The translations under genes were made by a program, and so were the position numbers. Positions 40,100 to 51,870 of a DNA stretch of 64,000 nucleotides are shown here, in pieces. Source of the DNA: an uncultured Pelagibacteraceae bacterium (GTDB lineage Bacteria; Pseudomonadota; Alphaproteobacteria; Pelagibacterales; Pelagibacteraceae); the NCBI GenBank assembly GCA_902543405.1, contig CACBYC010000002.1, positions 13,747-77,746 on the forward strand, read 5' to 3'. The notes under the pieces are model-generated. The model made no database searches. It was not told the origin of the DNA and was given only the letters and a program-made list of their open reading frames with translations. Position 1 is the first letter of the stretch. Each line of letters starts with the position of its first letter.

Positions 40100-40519
40100 T
40101 TACCAAGTGCCTGTATTTTCCATGGATTTCCATGGCTCTATTGGTTCCAAGTAGCCATCTTGAAGTATTTCAACAGAAATTTTATCTGGAGATCTAACAA
40201 ATGCCATATGACCGTCCCTTGGTGGTCTGTTAATTGTATAACCCATTTCTCTTAGTCTTTGACAAGTCTCATATATATTTTCAACTCTGTACGCCAAATG
40301 TCCAAAGTTTCTTGAACCATCGCCCAAACTATCTCCGTCCCAATTGTATGTTAATTCTATTTCAGCTTTCTCATCATCTGGAGCAGCAAGAAATACTAAA
40401 GTATACCTGCCCTTTTCACTATCTTTTCTTCTTGTTTCTTTAAGACCTAACCCTTCACAGAAAAATCTTAATGACTCGTCTATGTTTGAGACTCTAATCA
40501 TTGTGTGTAAATATTTCAT
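40100..40519 (-). CDS. gloA: Lactoylglutathione lyase (glyoxalase I)
   Basis: YLHTMIRV, ELTYNWD, FGHLAY, RPPRDG.MAFVRSPD. Confidence 0.92.
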   Translation of the reverse strand: MKYLHTMIRVSNIDESLRFFCEGLGLKETRRKDSEKGRYTLVFLAAPDDEKAEIELTYNWDGDSLGDGSRNFGHLAYRVENIYETCQRLREMGYTINRPPRDGHMAFVRSPDKISVEILQDGYLEPIEPWKSMENTGTW

Positions 40520-40541
40520 ATAGGTTACTTATATAGTCTTA

Positions 40542-42104
40542 TTATTCCAATTCAATAGTACTCGGTGGCTTAGAAGTAATATCATAAACTACTCTATTAA
40601 TACCTCTTATATTATTTACAATTTGATTAGATACTGTTTGCATAAAAGATTTATTAAATTGAAAGAAATCAGCTGTCATTCCATCTTCTGATGTAATTGC
40701 CCTTAAAAGACAAAGAAACTCATAAGTTCTATTATCTCCCATTACACCGACTGTTTTTACAGGAAGTAATGCAGCATAAGCCTGCCAAATCTTGTTATAT
40801 AGGTTATTTTCTTTTAAAGAATTGATAAAATAATTATCAGCCTCTTTTAGAATGTTGATTTTTTCTTTAGTTATTATGCCAGGCATTCTTATTGCAAGGC
40901 CTGGTCCTGGAAATGGATGTCTAGAAATTATTTCATTACTCAATCCTAGTTCTGATCCTAACTTTCTAACCTCATCTTTAAAAAGGTATTTAAGTGGTTC
41001 TACTAATTGAAGTTTCATTTTTTTTGGCAAACCGCCTACATTATGATGTGATTTAATTTTTGAAGTTTGACTTCCAGTCACAGATTTACTTTCAATTAAA
41101 TCGGGATACAAAGTTCCTTGAGCCAAAAATTTTACATTTTTAATTTTATTTGCATATTTTTCAAATATTTTAATAAAAAGATTTCCTATTATTTTTCTTT
41201 TTTTTTCTGGATCAGATATATTTTTTAATTTTGATAAAAATAAATTTTCAGCATTCACATAAATTAGATTAATTTTAAATTTCTTTTTGAATGTATTTAC
41301 AACTTGCTTTTCTTCATTTTTTCTAAGTAGACCAGTATTAACAAAGATGCATGTTAATTTTTTTCCTATTGCATTTGATAATAATTTAGCGACTACACTA
41401 CTATCTACACCACCAGATAATGCACAAATAACCTTAGAATTTCCTACACTATTTCTTACTTCATTTATTAACTTTGTTTTCTGATCTTTTGCTGACCAAT
41501 TTTTATTTAATTTACAAATAGAAAATAAAAAATTTTTTAGTATTAATTTTCCTTTAATTGTATGACTTACCTCTGGGTGAAATTGAATACCAAACATTTT
41601 TTTTTCTAAATTTTCAATAATGCACATCTTAGAATTGTTACTTTGTGCAATTATTTTGAAGTTTTTTGGTAATTTTGTTACTTGATCAGCATGACTCATC
41701 CAAACATTATTTTTTCCTTTAGAAAAAAAATTTTTTGTTAACTTACTTTTTTTAATTTCTTTTACCTCTGCTAGTCCAAATTCTCTATATTTTGAATTTC
41801 TTACACTTCCACCCATTATTTTTGAAATTATTTGATGTCCAAAACAAATACCTAGTACAGGAGTCCCTAATTTAAGAAGTTTACTATTAAACTTTACTTT
41901 TTTACTTTCATAAACATTCAATGGGCCGCCAGATAAAACAATACCTTTGATATTTTTTTCAAAATTTTGGAACTTTTCTATTTTTTTGTGACTTATAATT
42001 TCGCAATAAACTCCCAGTTCCCTAATTTTTCTTGCGATTAATTGTGTAAATTGAGAACCAAAGTCTACAATAAGTATCTTATTGAGAGTGTCCTCAAGAC
42101 GCAT
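40542..42104 (-). CDS. guaA: GMP synthase (glutamine-hydrolyzing)
   Basis: [44 protein letters not shown]. Confidence 0.97.
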   Translation of the reverse strand: MRLEDTLNKILIVDFGSQFTQLIARKIRELGVYCEIISHKKIEKFQNFEKNIKGIVLSGGPLNVYESKKVKFNSKLLKLGTPVLGICFGHQIISKIMGGSVRNSKYREFGLAEVKEIKKSKLTKNFFSKGKNNVWMSHADQVTKLPKNFKIIAQSNNSKMCIIENLEKKMFGIQFHPEVSHTIKGKLILKNFLFSICKLNKNWSAKDQKTKLINEVRNSVGNSKVICALSGGVDSSVVAKLLSNAIGKKLTCIFVNTGLLRKNEEKQVVNTFKKKFKINLIYVNAENLFLSKLKNISDPEKKRKIIGNLFIKIFEKYANKIKNVKFLAQGTLYPDLIESKSVTGSQTSKIKSHHNVGGLPKKMKLQLVEPLKYLFKDEVRKLGSELGLSNEIISRHPFPGPGLAIRMPGIITKEKINILKEADNYFINSLKENNLYNKIWQAYAALLPVKTVGVMGDNRTYEFLCLLRAITSEDGMTADFFQFNKSFMQTVSNQIVNNIRGINRVVYDITSKPPSTIELE

Positions 42105-42522
42105 CTTTTATCTCAAAATCCTTTAATCTACTTTCTATTGAAGCAATTTTTTCACACATATCTACACAAATTTTTTTAAAATCTTCACTTAATTCATCTG
42201 CTTTTGAAAAGTTTGATCTTTCTAACTCCATATCAATTAAAAGGTACATTGCTTCTTCGTTCTTAGGATCTAAAAGTAAAGTAGTTCTTATATTTTTTTC
42301 TTCTTGTCTTTTATCATCTTCAATTTTAAAAATTTTAGCTAAATAAAGGTAAGATACCGAGTCTTTTGGGTTATAAACTATGTTTCTATGAAATAAAAAT
42401 TTTGAATCTTCATATTTTTCTTTATCGAATAAATCTTTAGCTTGATTAAAAAAATTATTTTCATTTGTCTTAGCAACAGTACTAACTAAAAGAAATGTTA
42501 AAATTAAAATTAAGTATCTCAT
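42094..42522 (-). CDS. Exported TPR-like protein
   Basis: Signal peptide, [19 protein letters not shown]. Confidence 0.75.
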   Translation of the reverse strand: MRYLILILTFLLVSTVAKTNENNFFNQAKDLFDKEKYEDSKFLFHRNIVYNPKDSVSYLYLAKIFKIEDDKRQEEKNIRTTLLLDPKNEEAMYLLIDMELERSNFSKADELSEDFKKICVDMCEKIASIESRLKDFEIKDAS

Positions 42523-42524
42523 AA

Positions 42525-43589
42525 TTATTTTTTTATAACATCTATATTATGTACCATACTTTCATAAAATCCTGCTTTAGTAATTTTTACAAATTTCGGT
42601 TTTTTTCTTAAATCAATTACTTTCTTGGCACCCATGTAGCCCATTGAAGATTTTAAACCTCCAACTAAGTTGTAGATTATGTTATCAACTTTACCTTTGT
42701 ATTTAATATATCCCTCTACACCTTCCGCTACGTATTTTGATGTATCCTTTTGTTTCGTTTGAAAATATCTGTCTGCTGAACCTTTATTCATAGCACCAAT
42801 TGATCCCATACCCCTGAAATATTTATATAATTTTCCATTTTTTTTTATTTTTTTTCCAGGCGCTTCATCTGTACCTGCAAATAGTGAACCTATCATTACT
42901 GCATCTGCGCCAGCTGCTAATGCTTTAGCAATATCACCAGAAAATTTTATTCCACCATCAGCAATTAACCTTGTTTTACTTTTCCCAATTCCCTTTTTAA
43001 CATTTAATATCGCACTTAGTTGTGGAACACCTATTCCAGCTACAAGTCTTGTTGTACAAATAGATCCTGGACCAATTCCTACTTTTATAATATCAACACC
43101 TAGTCCTACCAAAAATTTTGCAGCTTCTGCTGTGGCTATATTTCCGGCACAAATTGCTGTTTTCTTAGGACGTATTTTTTTTATTTTTTTAATTATATCT
43201 CCTACTTTTTTGGTATGTCCGTGCGCTGTATCAATTACTATTAAGTCTAAGTTTTCTTTTAATATTTTTTGAGCTCTTTTTAATTCTTTATCACTCGCGC
43301 CAACTGCAGCACCTACTAGTAATTTTTTTGATTTTACTTTTCTAATTTCTCTAATCTGTTCTTCAATATTTAAGTTTCTGTGAATTATTCCTAATCCCCC
43401 TGATCTTGCCATAGCAATCCCCATTGAAGATTCTGTAACAGTATCCATTGCAGATGACAAAAGTGGTATTTTCATCTTTAGACTTTCTGTTAAATTTATA
43501 GAGGTGCTTACTTCACTAGGTAGAATTGCTGAGTAATTTGGCGCTAAAGTAACATCATCAAATGTCAAAGCTTCTTTAATAGTTTCCAT
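42525..43589 (-). CDS. guaB: IMP dehydrogenase lacking the CBS subdomain
   Basis: LTFDDV, SAMDTVTE, GIGPGSICTTR, ADGG; 354 aa. Confidence 0.95.
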   Translation of the reverse strand: METIKEALTFDDVTLAPNYSAILPSEVSTSINLTESLKMKIPLLSSAMDTVTESSMGIAMARSGGLGIIHRNLNIEEQIREIRKVKSKKLLVGAAVGASDKELKRAQKILKENLDLIVIDTAHGHTKKVGDIIKKIKKIRPKKTAICAGNIATAEAAKFLVGLGVDIIKVGIGPGSICTTRLVAGIGVPQLSAILNVKKGIGKSKTRLIADGGIKFSGDIAKALAAGADAVMIGSLFAGTDEAPGKKIKKNGKLYKYFRGMGSIGAMNKGSADRYFQTKQKDTSKYVAEGVEGYIKYKGKVDNIIYNLVGGLKSSMGYMGAKKVIDLRKKPKFVKITKAGFYESMVHNIDVIKK

Positions 43590-43628
43590 GTCCTTATATA
43601 AATGATTCTTGAAAAAATAAAAGGATAA

Positions 43629-44240
43629 CTATTTCAAATTTCTACAAATTATAAAATTTTCTTTAGAGTCTTTTCTGCTTGAAGGAGGCTTGAAAATATC
43701 AACATCTTTAAAAGATTTTTTACCTAATGCGACAATCTCGTTAAAAGATGATCCCATAAAAAGTTTAGAAATAAAATTTCCTTTTTTATTAAGTAATTCA
43801 ATGGCAAAATTCATTGCTTCAATACATAATTCTCCTGTAACTAATGAGTCTACACTTTTATTACCTGTGGTGTTAACTGCCATATCAGAGACTATAAGAT
43901 CAACTTTCTTACCAAAATAATTTTTGATATTTTTTTTTTGTTGCTCCTCAGTAAAATCCCCTTTTATATGTATTAAATTCTTTATTGGTTCAATATCCTT
44001 TAAATCAATTGAAATTATTTTAGAGTTACTGAAATTTCTTGATATATACTGAGACCAACTACCCGGGGCTGCGCCAAGATCTATAACTGAGATATTATTT
44101 TTGATTATTTTAAATTTATTGTTTATTTCTTGCAATTTGTATACAGCTCTTGACCTATAACCCTCTAATTTTGATTTTTTGACGTAAATATCTCTCTTTT
44201 GCTTAATGATCCAATTTTTTGAAAATTTATTCTTTTTCAA
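43629..44240 (-). CDS. rlmE: 23S rRNA Um2552 methyltransferase
   Basis: YRSRAVYKL, DLGAAPGSW, VSDMA, KPPSSRKDSKE. Confidence 0.95.
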   Translation of the reverse strand: MKKNKFSKNWIIKQKRDIYVKKSKLEGYRSRAVYKLQEINNKFKIIKNNISVIDLGAAPGSWSQYISRNFSNSKIISIDLKDIEPIKNLIHIKGDFTEEQQKKNIKNYFGKKVDLIVSDMAVNTTGNKSVDSLVTGELCIEAMNFAIELLNKKGNFISKLFMGSSFNEIVALGKKSFKDVDIFKPPSSRKDSKENFIICRNLK

Positions 44241-45140
44241 CTAATTCCCAAATCTTAAAGATTTTTCAATTATATCTCCATCCAATGTTTTAACTTTGGA
44301 TATATAATTTTTATTATTTCTTATATTGTCATTATTTTTTCCTGCTAAATGAATAATTCCTATTTCATGGTTTGGTAAATAAGGTTCAACAAAAGTATTT
44401 TGTTTTTTGTCAAATTTAATCGCTTCGATTAAAGTCCAGTTGCAATAAGCAGGTAAAATTTCTACGTCTAAATTATCTGAATATATTGTAATATTCATTG
44501 CAATTTGTTCTGAACCCCAAATTTTTCCTGAGGATAAAGCTTTTTTTAAATTTTTTTGCCAGATTTCCCAATGAGGAGCACTTTCTTCTAAGCAAAATAA
44601 TCCAATATTCAAATGGGGTTTAAGGGCAACTTCTCTTGAAACTTTCTCTGAGAAACCTGATGATTTAGCGTGTTTATAATTTTGTGATTTTATTCTCGCA
44701 AAACTTCCCCATACCCAATCTGCTCTTAAAACTCTTCCGTAAGATCTATCTGCTGATGTTGCTATTGCTAATTTTTTATTCTCACAGCCCTGAAAGTAAA
44801 GATCGATTGCGTACCAAGAGTTTACCCACGCATCAGCATCTATCCATAAATATTTTTTATATCCTGGAAAATAATTTGGTAAGAATGCTCTAGATACCTG
44901 ACTTTTCAACCACTCTCTTCCTTTTATCTTAAAACTTGGAACTTCTATATCCCACTCAGCCTTTTTGATTTGAAATACTTTTTTTTCTAATATTTTAATT
45001 TGTTCACCAGTTAATCCTGCATCCATAATGCAAATATCTACTGTTTTGCTCTGTTCGAATCTATTAATTGAATCAATTAATTCGTTAAGAAGATTGAAAT
45101 AATTTGAATCTGCTAATGAGATTATTGTATTTTCCCTCAT
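44241..45140 (-). CDS. Glycosyltransferase-like protein (GT8-like)
   Basis: YLWIDADAW (DxD), EQIAMN, IIHLAG. Confidence 0.6.
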   Translation of the reverse strand: MRENTIISLADSNYFNLLNELIDSINRFEQSKTVDICIMDAGLTGEQIKILEKKVFQIKKAEWDIEVPSFKIKGREWLKSQVSRAFLPNYFPGYKKYLWIDADAWVNSWYAIDLYFQGCENKKLAIATSADRSYGRVLRADWVWGSFARIKSQNYKHAKSSGFSEKVSREVALKPHLNIGLFCLEESAPHWEIWQKNLKKALSSGKIWGSEQIAMNITIYSDNLDVEILPAYCNWTLIEAIKFDKKQNTFVEPYLPNHEIGIIHLAGKNNDNIRNNKNYISKVKTLDGDIIEKSLRFGN

Positions 45141-45143
45141 TTA

Positions 45144-45959
45144 TTATAACACATCTTCATGATGATCAGTGTCATTTGCGATGGCTTTAGCATTTTTTTT
45201 AATCATAAGATAATGCATTGAACTTATTGGAACCATTAACAAATAAATTACACCTGAAATAATAATAGCATTAAATGTATAAACAAGAATTAAGCCAAAA
45301 TATAAGATTATTCCAAATAGCAAAAATATTGATGTACTTCTTGGGACAACTATTCTTTTAAAAGAATAGGTTGGTATTTTGCTTATTAATAATATTGAAA
45401 CAATTATAAACATAACAGGTACTATAATTTGGTAATTTAAGTTTAAAAACTGAAATTCACTAATACTTAATATTAAAGGCATTAAAACTAGAACTCCACC
45501 TGCGGGAGAAGGAATACCTTCAAAAAAATTATCTTTCCAAGAACTCTCTTCGTTTGATGAAACATTAAACCTTGCAAGTCTAAGAGCAACACAAACAATA
45601 TAAATTAACGCAATTAACCAACCTGCTCTTCCTGTTTCAGATAACGCCCAAAAATACATTATAAAAGCTGGGGCAACACCAAAACTTATAACATCAGTAA
45701 GAGAGTCTAGCTCTTTTCCAACTTTAGAAGTTCCTTTAATTAACCTTGCAATTCTACCGTCTAATCCATCAATAATTGCTGCAATTATAACTGCAATAAT
45801 TGATAGTTCAAATTTACCATCAAATGCAAACTTAATTGAAGTCAATCCAATACATACTCCAACAAGTGTCAAAATATTTGGTAAAATAACTCTTGTTTTT
45901 TTACTCGAAACTAATTTAATATTTTTATTTTGAGGCTCCATTAACTTATTTTTTTGCAA
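45144..45959 (-). CDS. pssA: CDP-diacylglycerol--serine O-phosphatidyltransferase
   Basis: DGLDGRIAR...G.ELDSLTD..SFGVAP, LRLARFN. Confidence 0.92.
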   Translation of the reverse strand: MQKNKLMEPQNKNIKLVSSKKTRVILPNILTLVGVCIGLTSIKFAFDGKFELSIIAVIIAAIIDGLDGRIARLIKGTSKVGKELDSLTDVISFGVAPAFIMYFWALSETGRAGWLIALIYIVCVALRLARFNVSSNEESSWKDNFFEGIPSPAGGVLVLMPLILSISEFQFLNLNYQIIVPVMFIIVSILLISKIPTYSFKRIVVPRSTSIFLLFGIILYFGLILVYTFNAIIISGVIYLLMVPISSMHYLMIKKNAKAIANDTDHHEDVL

Positions 45960-46590
45960 TTAAAGTTTCGCCAGCTATAGTTTTTTGTTCAACTTTTACT
46001 AAAGGAGTATAATTTTCAAAATACATATCAGCTCTACTTCCAAATCTGATCATTCCTATTCTTGAACCTTGTTCTACAAGCTCATCTTTAGAAACCTCTG
46101 TTACAATCCGTCTTGCAACAAGTCCTGCTATTTGAACAACAATTATATCTTCTCCATCAGAATTTTTTATTTTATAATAATTTCTCTCATTATCTTCACT
46201 TGCCTTATCTAAAGATGCATTAAAAAACTTTCCTGGTTTATAAAGTATCTCAGATATTGCTCCGGAACATGGAGATCTGTTTACATGGCAATCAAATACA
46301 TCCATAAAAATACTTATTTTTTTCATTTGTTTATTTTCTAAACCTAATTCTTTTGGACCGTTAGTATCCATTACTTGTAATACAACTCCATCAGCTGGAC
46401 TTGTAAGATAATTGTCGTCGCCAATAGAAATTCTTTCAGGATCCCTAAAAAAATAATAGCACCAAATGGTTAATACCAACCCAATAAACCCAAGAAATCC
46501 ATTTATGAAATAAAGAATTATAGTTGCGATTGCAAAAATAATAATAAATTTGTAACCTTCATTGTGTATTTTTGGAAATATTTTACTCAT
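45946..46590 (-). CDS. psd: Phosphatidylserine decarboxylase
   Basis: FFRDPER, SPADG, HVNRSP, IRFGSR cleavage motif. Confidence 0.95.
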   Translation of the reverse strand: MSKIFPKIHNEGYKFIIIFAIATIILYFINGFLGFIGLVLTIWCYYFFRDPERISIGDDNYLTSPADGVVLQVMDTNGPKELGLENKQMKKISIFMDVFDCHVNRSPCSGAISEILYKPGKFFNASLDKASEDNERNYYKIKNSDGEDIIVVQIAGLVARRIVTEVSKDELVEQGSRIGMIRFGSRADMYFENYTPLVKVEQKTIAGETLIAKK

Positions 46591-46668
46591 GACAAACCTA
46601 TAATTGATAATTTTGGATTAATATGTATACAAAAAGAATAAATTCAACTATTAAGATATATCGAAAAA

Positions 46669-47883
46669 ATGAGTAAAATTAAGGTTAAAAACCCCATTGT
46701 AGAGTTAGATGGCGATGAAATGACCAGAGTTATATGGGACTTCATAAAAAATAAGCTCGTTTTAACTTACCTTGATCTCAAAATTGAGTACTACGATTTG
46801 GGAATGGAAAGTAGAGACAAAACAGAAGATAAAATTACAATTGAATGTGCTAATGCAATTAAAAGAAATGGTGTAGGGATTAAATGTGCAACAATCACAC
46901 CCGATGAAGCTAGAGTAAGGGAATTTAATCTTAAAAAAATGTGGAGATCTCCAAATGGTACAATAAGGAATATTATTGGAGGAACTGTTTTTAGAGAACC
47001 AATAATTTGTAAAAATATTCCAAAACTAGTGCCCTCATGGACAGATCCATTGATCATAGGTAGACATGCTTTTGGTGATCAATACAGAGCAACAGACTTT
47101 ACAGTACCCGGTAAAGGTAAGTTAGAAATCAAATGGACTGCTGAAGATGGTTCTGATGAGAGAAAGTATGAAGTCTTCAATTTCCCAGGTCCTGGTATTG
47201 CATTATCAATGTATAATTTGGACAAATCAATAGAGGACTTTGCAAGATCTTGCTTTAACTATGGATTAATTAAAAAATGGCCAGTTTACCTTTCTACTAA
47301 AAATACAATTTTAAAAAGATACGACGGAAGATTTAAAGATATTTTTGAAGAAGTTTTTGAAAAGGAATTTAAGGATAGATTTGATCAAAATAAAATTACC
47401 TACGAACATAGATTGATAGATGACATGGTAGCATGCGCAATGAAATGGCATGGTAAATATATTTGGGCGTGCAAAAACTATGATGGTGACGTACAATCAG
47501 ATACAGTTGCTCAAGGATATGGATCTTTAGGTTTAATGACAAGTGTCTTGCTTGCTCCAGATGGCAAAACAATGGAAGCTGAAGCTGCACATGGAACAGT
47601 AACAAGACATTTTAGAATGCATCAACAAGGTAAAGAAACCTCAACAAATCCTATTGCATCTATTTTTGCATGGACAAGAGGTTTGGCTCATAGAGGAAAA
47701 TTAGATGGAAATGAGGAATTAATAAAGTTTGCAGAAACACTAGAAAAAGTATGTGTTGATTGTGTTGAAGAAGGCTCAATGACTAAGGACTTAGCTATTT
47801 TGATAGGACCTTCAACAAAGTATTTAACAACTAATCAATTTTTAGATACTTTAGATGGTAAGTTGAGACAAAAACTAAATTAA
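46669..47883 (+). CDS. icd: NADP-dependent isocitrate dehydrogenase (eukaryote-like homodimeric type)
   Basis: [43 protein letters not shown]. Confidence 0.97.
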   Translation: MSKIKVKNPIVELDGDEMTRVIWDFIKNKLVLTYLDLKIEYYDLGMESRDKTEDKITIECANAIKRNGVGIKCATITPDEARVREFNLKKMWRSPNGTIRNIIGGTVFREPIICKNIPKLVPSWTDPLIIGRHAFGDQYRATDFTVPGKGKLEIKWTAEDGSDERKYEVFNFPGPGIALSMYNLDKSIEDFARSCFNYGLIKKWPVYLSTKNTILKRYDGRFKDIFEEVFEKEFKDRFDQNKITYEHRLIDDMVACAMKWHGKYIWACKNYDGDVQSDTVAQGYGSLGLMTSVLLAPDGKTMEAEAAHGTVTRHFRMHQQGKETSTNPIASIFAWTRGLAHRGKLDGNEELIKFAETLEKVCVDCVEEGSMTKDLAILIGPSTKYLTTNQFLDTLDGKLRQKLN

Positions 47884-50538
47884 AGTTTTAATTTTTTCAA
47901 AAGCCTCATCAATTTTATCTTTAAATTGGCCTCCTGCTTGTGCAAAATCTTTTCTACCACCACCACCTTTTCCACCAATAATTTCAGATCCTGTTTTAGC
48001 AAATGTGACTGCATCATATTTATCTGTAAGCTCATCTGTTATCCCAACTGCAAGACCAACTTTGTCTTCTAGACTAGCAAAAACTATTACAATTCCTGTT
48101 TTTAACTCTTTTTTTCCGGCATCAACCAATTTTCTTAGCTCTTTAGGTGGAAGATCATCAACTTTTTGAAATCTTACACTTATATTATTAATTTTAACAT
48201 CTTGAATTATATTTTTTAAATTATTTTCTAAAATTGAACTAAATTTTAATTGCTCTAGTTGTTTTGATAATTCTTTAATTAAAATCTTATTATCTTCATT
48301 TTCTATATTTGGTTTGCCACCTAATTTAATTATCTGTTTTGATAAGTCATTAATCATTTCTTCATCTTTTTGTGCGGATAAGTCAGATAATTTTTCTTTA
48401 TTTTGTAAGAAACTATTTAATTGATTTTCTCTAAGTGCTTCTACTCTTCTCACACCTGCTGCAATTGATGATTGGCTAATAATTTTGAATTTTCCAATGT
48501 CACCAGTGTTTCGTACATGTGTACCTCCACACAATTCAGTGGAAAAATACCTTTCTTTCTCATCTCCCATAGATAATACTCTAACCTCTTCTCCATATTT
48601 TTCTCCAAAGAGTGCCAGGGCTCCATTATCTACTGCTTCTTTAGGAGTCATGATCCTTGTTTTAACTTCTGATTTTTTTTGTACCATTGAATTAACGTGA
48701 TTTTCTATTTTTTCTATTTCCTGGTCTGAAATTGGTTTCATATGGCTAAAATCAAATCTTAATCTATCTGGTGCTACTAATGATCCTTTTTGTGTAACAT
48801 GAGTACCTAATACTCTTCTTAAAGACTCATGCAAAAGGTGTGTTGCTGAGTGATAAGCTCTTATATTATTACGTCTATCAATATCAATTTTCATCTCAAC
48901 ATTGTCTTTGATTTTTATACTTCCTGATTTAACTTTGCCGTAATGTACAAATAGATCACCTAATTTTTTTTGGACATCTGTGATCTCGAACTTAAAGTCT
49001 CCAGATATTATTTCACCAGTATCTCCTACCTGTCCTCCAGACTCTCCATAAAAAGGAGTTTGATTTAAAATAACAATTCCTTCATCGTTTTTATTCAATT
49101 CATTTACCTCTTTGTTGTCTTTTAGTAATGATAAAATAATACCTTCTGCTTGATCAGTCTCATATCCTAGGAATTCTGAAGGACCTAATCTATCTTTTAT
49201 CGAAAACCAAATATCATCTACCGCACTGTCACCTGAACCTTTCCAATTTTTCTTAGCAAGTTCTTTACTTTCTTTCATTAAACTTTGAAATTTATGGTTG
49301 TCTATTGTTAACGATTTATTTTTTAAGATGTCTTGTGTCAGGTCTAATGGAAAACCATAAGTATCATAGAGTTTAAAAGCTACTTCTCCAGGTAATATCT
49401 TGTCTATTTTAGTCATTTCCTCATTTAATATTTTAATACCTCTGTCTAAAAGAATTAAAAATTTTTCTTCCTCCATTCTTAATGTTTCTTTAATTAAAGA
49501 CTCAGCTCTTTCTATTTCTGAGTAATTACCTTTCATCTCATCTTTTAAAGTTTTAAAAATATTATAAAAAATTGGCTCTTTAGAACCAAGCAAGTGGGAA
49601 TGCCTCATTCCTCTTCTCATAATTCTTCTTAGTACATAACCTCTTCCTTCATTTGATGGCAAAACTCCCTCAGCAATTAAAAATGAACTTGCTCGTAAGT
49701 GATCTGCTATTACTCTAAAACTTGCTAAATTATCGTTATTTGGTTCGACTTTTAAAATTTCTGCAGCAGAGTTTATTATTTTTTTAAAATGATCTGTTTC
49801 GTAGTTGTCGTGAGTTCCTTGAAGCAATGCAGCAATTCTCTCTAAACCCATTCCAGTATCAACTGATGGTTTTGGTAGATTAATACGCTTATCCTTTGAA
49901 ATTTGCTCATACTGCATAAAGACTAAATTCCAAATTTCTATAAATCTATCACCATCCTCATTTTTTGTTCCTGGCAATCCACCTTCTAAGTGGTCTCCAT
50001 GATCATAAAATATTTCTGAACAAGGTCCACAAGGTCCAGTTTCACCCATAGACCAAAAATTATCAGATGTTGCTATCCTTATGATTTTATCTTCACTTAA
50101 CCCAGCAATTTTTTTCCAGTAATTAAAGGCTTCGTCATCGTCGTGGTAGACTGTTACATAAAGCCTATTCTTATCTAAACCAAATTCTTTTGTTATTAAA
50201 TTCCACGCAAGTTCAATAGCTCTTTCTTTAAAATAATCACCAAAAGAAAAGTTTCCCAACATTTCAAAAAACGTATGGTGTCTTGGAGTATAGCCAACAT
50301 TTTCAAGATCGTTATGCTTGCCTCCTGCTCTTACACATTTTTGAGATGTTGTAGCTCTTTGATAGTCTCTCTTTTCCAGTCCAGTAAACACATTTTTAAA
50401 TTGGACCATTCCAGAATTGGCAAACATCAATGTTGGGTCATTATTTGGGACTAAATTGCTAGACTCAACTATTTTATGATCATTTTTTTCAAAATAATCT
50501 AAGAATGCTGACCTGATTTCATTTAATGTTTTAGCCAT
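47875..50538 (-). CDS. alaS: Alanine--tRNA ligase
   Basis: [53 protein letters not shown]. Confidence 0.98.
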   Translation of the reverse strand: MAKTLNEIRSAFLDYFEKNDHKIVESSNLVPNNDPTLMFANSGMVQFKNVFTGLEKRDYQRATTSQKCVRAGGKHNDLENVGYTPRHHTFFEMLGNFSFGDYFKERAIELAWNLITKEFGLDKNRLYVTVYHDDDEAFNYWKKIAGLSEDKIIRIATSDNFWSMGETGPCGPCSEIFYDHGDHLEGGLPGTKNEDGDRFIEIWNLVFMQYEQISKDKRINLPKPSVDTGMGLERIAALLQGTHDNYETDHFKKIINSAAEILKVEPNNDNLASFRVIADHLRASSFLIAEGVLPSNEGRGYVLRRIMRRGMRHSHLLGSKEPIFYNIFKTLKDEMKGNYSEIERAESLIKETLRMEEEKFLILLDRGIKILNEEMTKIDKILPGEVAFKLYDTYGFPLDLTQDILKNKSLTIDNHKFQSLMKESKELAKKNWKGSGDSAVDDIWFSIKDRLGPSEFLGYETDQAEGIILSLLKDNKEVNELNKNDEGIVILNQTPFYGESGGQVGDTGEIISGDFKFEITDVQKKLGDLFVHYGKVKSGSIKIKDNVEMKIDIDRRNNIRAYHSATHLLHESLRRVLGTHVTQKGSLVAPDRLRFDFSHMKPISDQEIEKIENHVNSMVQKKSEVKTRIMTPKEAVDNGALALFGEKYGEEVRVLSMGDEKERYFSTELCGGTHVRNTGDIGKFKIISQSSIAAGVRRVEALRENQLNSFLQNKEKLSDLSAQKDEEMINDLSKQIIKLGGKPNIENEDNKILIKELSKQLEQLKFSSILENNLKNIIQDVKINNISVRFQKVDDLPPKELRKLVDAGKKELKTGIVIVFASLEDKVGLAVGITDELTDKYDAVTFAKTGSEIIGGKGGGGRKDFAQAGGQFKDKIDEAFEKIKTLI

Positions 50539-50587
50539 ATTTAACCAAAATACAGCATTTTTATATGATGTCTACACTTCTGAAGGG

Positions 50588-50617
50588 AAAAAAGGCGCCC
50601 AATAGAGCGCCTTTTTT
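50588..50617 (-). terminator. Intrinsic terminator downstream of recA
   Basis: AAAAAAGGCGC-CCAATAGA-GCGCCTTTTTT. Confidence 0.85.
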
Positions 50618-50637
50618 TAATAACTAAAAGTTATCTG

Positions 50638-51783
50638 CTAATTCTTTTTAGTAGGAACTTCCTCCTCTTTCTTCTGCGCTTCAAGCTTTTCTTCACTTAA
50701 AGGATTGCCTTCAATCTTCTTTGAAATAACACCAGCTTTTTCTCTAATAGCCATTTCAATTTCAGCAGCAGCTTTTGGATTTTGTTCAAGGTAAAGTTTA
50801 GCATTCTCTCTACCTTGACCAATTTTTTCACCTTTATAAGCGTACCAAGCTCCAGATTTTTCAACAATCTCAGCTTTGGCACCAAGGTCGATTAGTTCCC
50901 CTACTTTACTAATTCCTTTTCCATACATTAAGTCGAACTCAACTACCTTAAATGGTGGTGCAACTTTGTTTTTAACAACTTTTACTCTTGTTGTATTTCC
51001 AACAATTTGCTCTTTATCTTTTATTGCTCCAATTCTTCTAATATCCATTCTTACTGAAGAATAAAATTTTAAAGAATTACCTCCAGAAGTTGTTTCTGGA
51101 CTTCCAAACATTACACCAATTTTCATTCTAATTTGGTTAATAAATATAACCATTGTATTAGTTCTTGATATTGATCCTGTTAATTTTCTAAGAGCTTGAG
51201 ACATTAGTCTTGCTTGAAGACCAACATGGTGATCTCCCATATCTCCTTCAATTTCTGCTCTTGGAGTTAATGCTGCAACAGAGTCGACTACTAAAACTGA
51301 CATTGAGCCAGATTTGATTAAAGTATCAGTTATTTCTAATGCTTGTTCACCAGTATCTGGTTGTGAAATAAGCAACTCCTCTGTGTTAACTCCTAATTTT
51401 TTTGCATAGACTGGATCCAATGCATGTTCTGCATCTACAAATCCACAAATTCCACCTGCTTTTTGCGCTTCAGCAACAACTTGTAATGCTAATGTAGTTT
51501 TACCAGATGACTCTGGTCCATAAATTTCAACAATTCTGCCTTTTGGTAATCCACCTATTCCAAGTGCCAAGTCTAAACTCAAAGATCCAGTAGAAATGGA
51601 CTCAATATCCATTGCTTTTTGTTCTCCAAGCTTCATCACAGAGCCTTTTCCAAAGCTGTCTGTTATCTGGCTGATTGCTGCATCTAGTGCTTTATTTTTT
51701 TCTTTATCTTCCAATTCTTTATCTTTTGTGGATTTCACCACTTTTAAGTTATTTTTAGTCATTTTTTGCCTCGTTTTTTTCAT
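50638..51783 (-). CDS. recA: Recombinase A
   Basis: [36 protein letters not shown]. Confidence 0.98.
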   Translation of the reverse strand: MKKTRQKMTKNNLKVVKSTKDKELEDKEKNKALDAAISQITDSFGKGSVMKLGEQKAMDIESISTGSLSLDLALGIGGLPKGRIVEIYGPESSGKTTLALQVVAEAQKAGGICGFVDAEHALDPVYAKKLGVNTEELLISQPDTGEQALEITDTLIKSGSMSVLVVDSVAALTPRAEIEGDMGDHHVGLQARLMSQALRKLTGSISRTNTMVIFINQIRMKIGVMFGSPETTSGGNSLKFYSSVRMDIRRIGAIKDKEQIVGNTTRVKVVKNKVAPPFKVVEFDLMYGKGISKVGELIDLGAKAEIVEKSGAWYAYKGEKIGQGRENAKLYLEQNPKAAAEIEMAIREKAGVISKKIEGNPLSEEKLEAQKKEEEVPTKKN

Positions 51784-51812
51784 TTATTAACATTCGAATC
51801 ATGAAAATAAAT

Positions 51813-51827
51813 GTACACATTTTGTTC
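51813..51827 (-). promoter_or_regulatory. Alphaproteobacterial LexA (SOS) box upstream of recA
   Basis: GTAC-acatttt-GTTC on plus strand, i.e. GAAC-N7-GTAC on the coding strand. Confidence 0.8.
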
Positions 51828-51870
51828 TCATTAGCAATATTTTTTTAAAATTAGGGCTAGAAGTCCCTAT

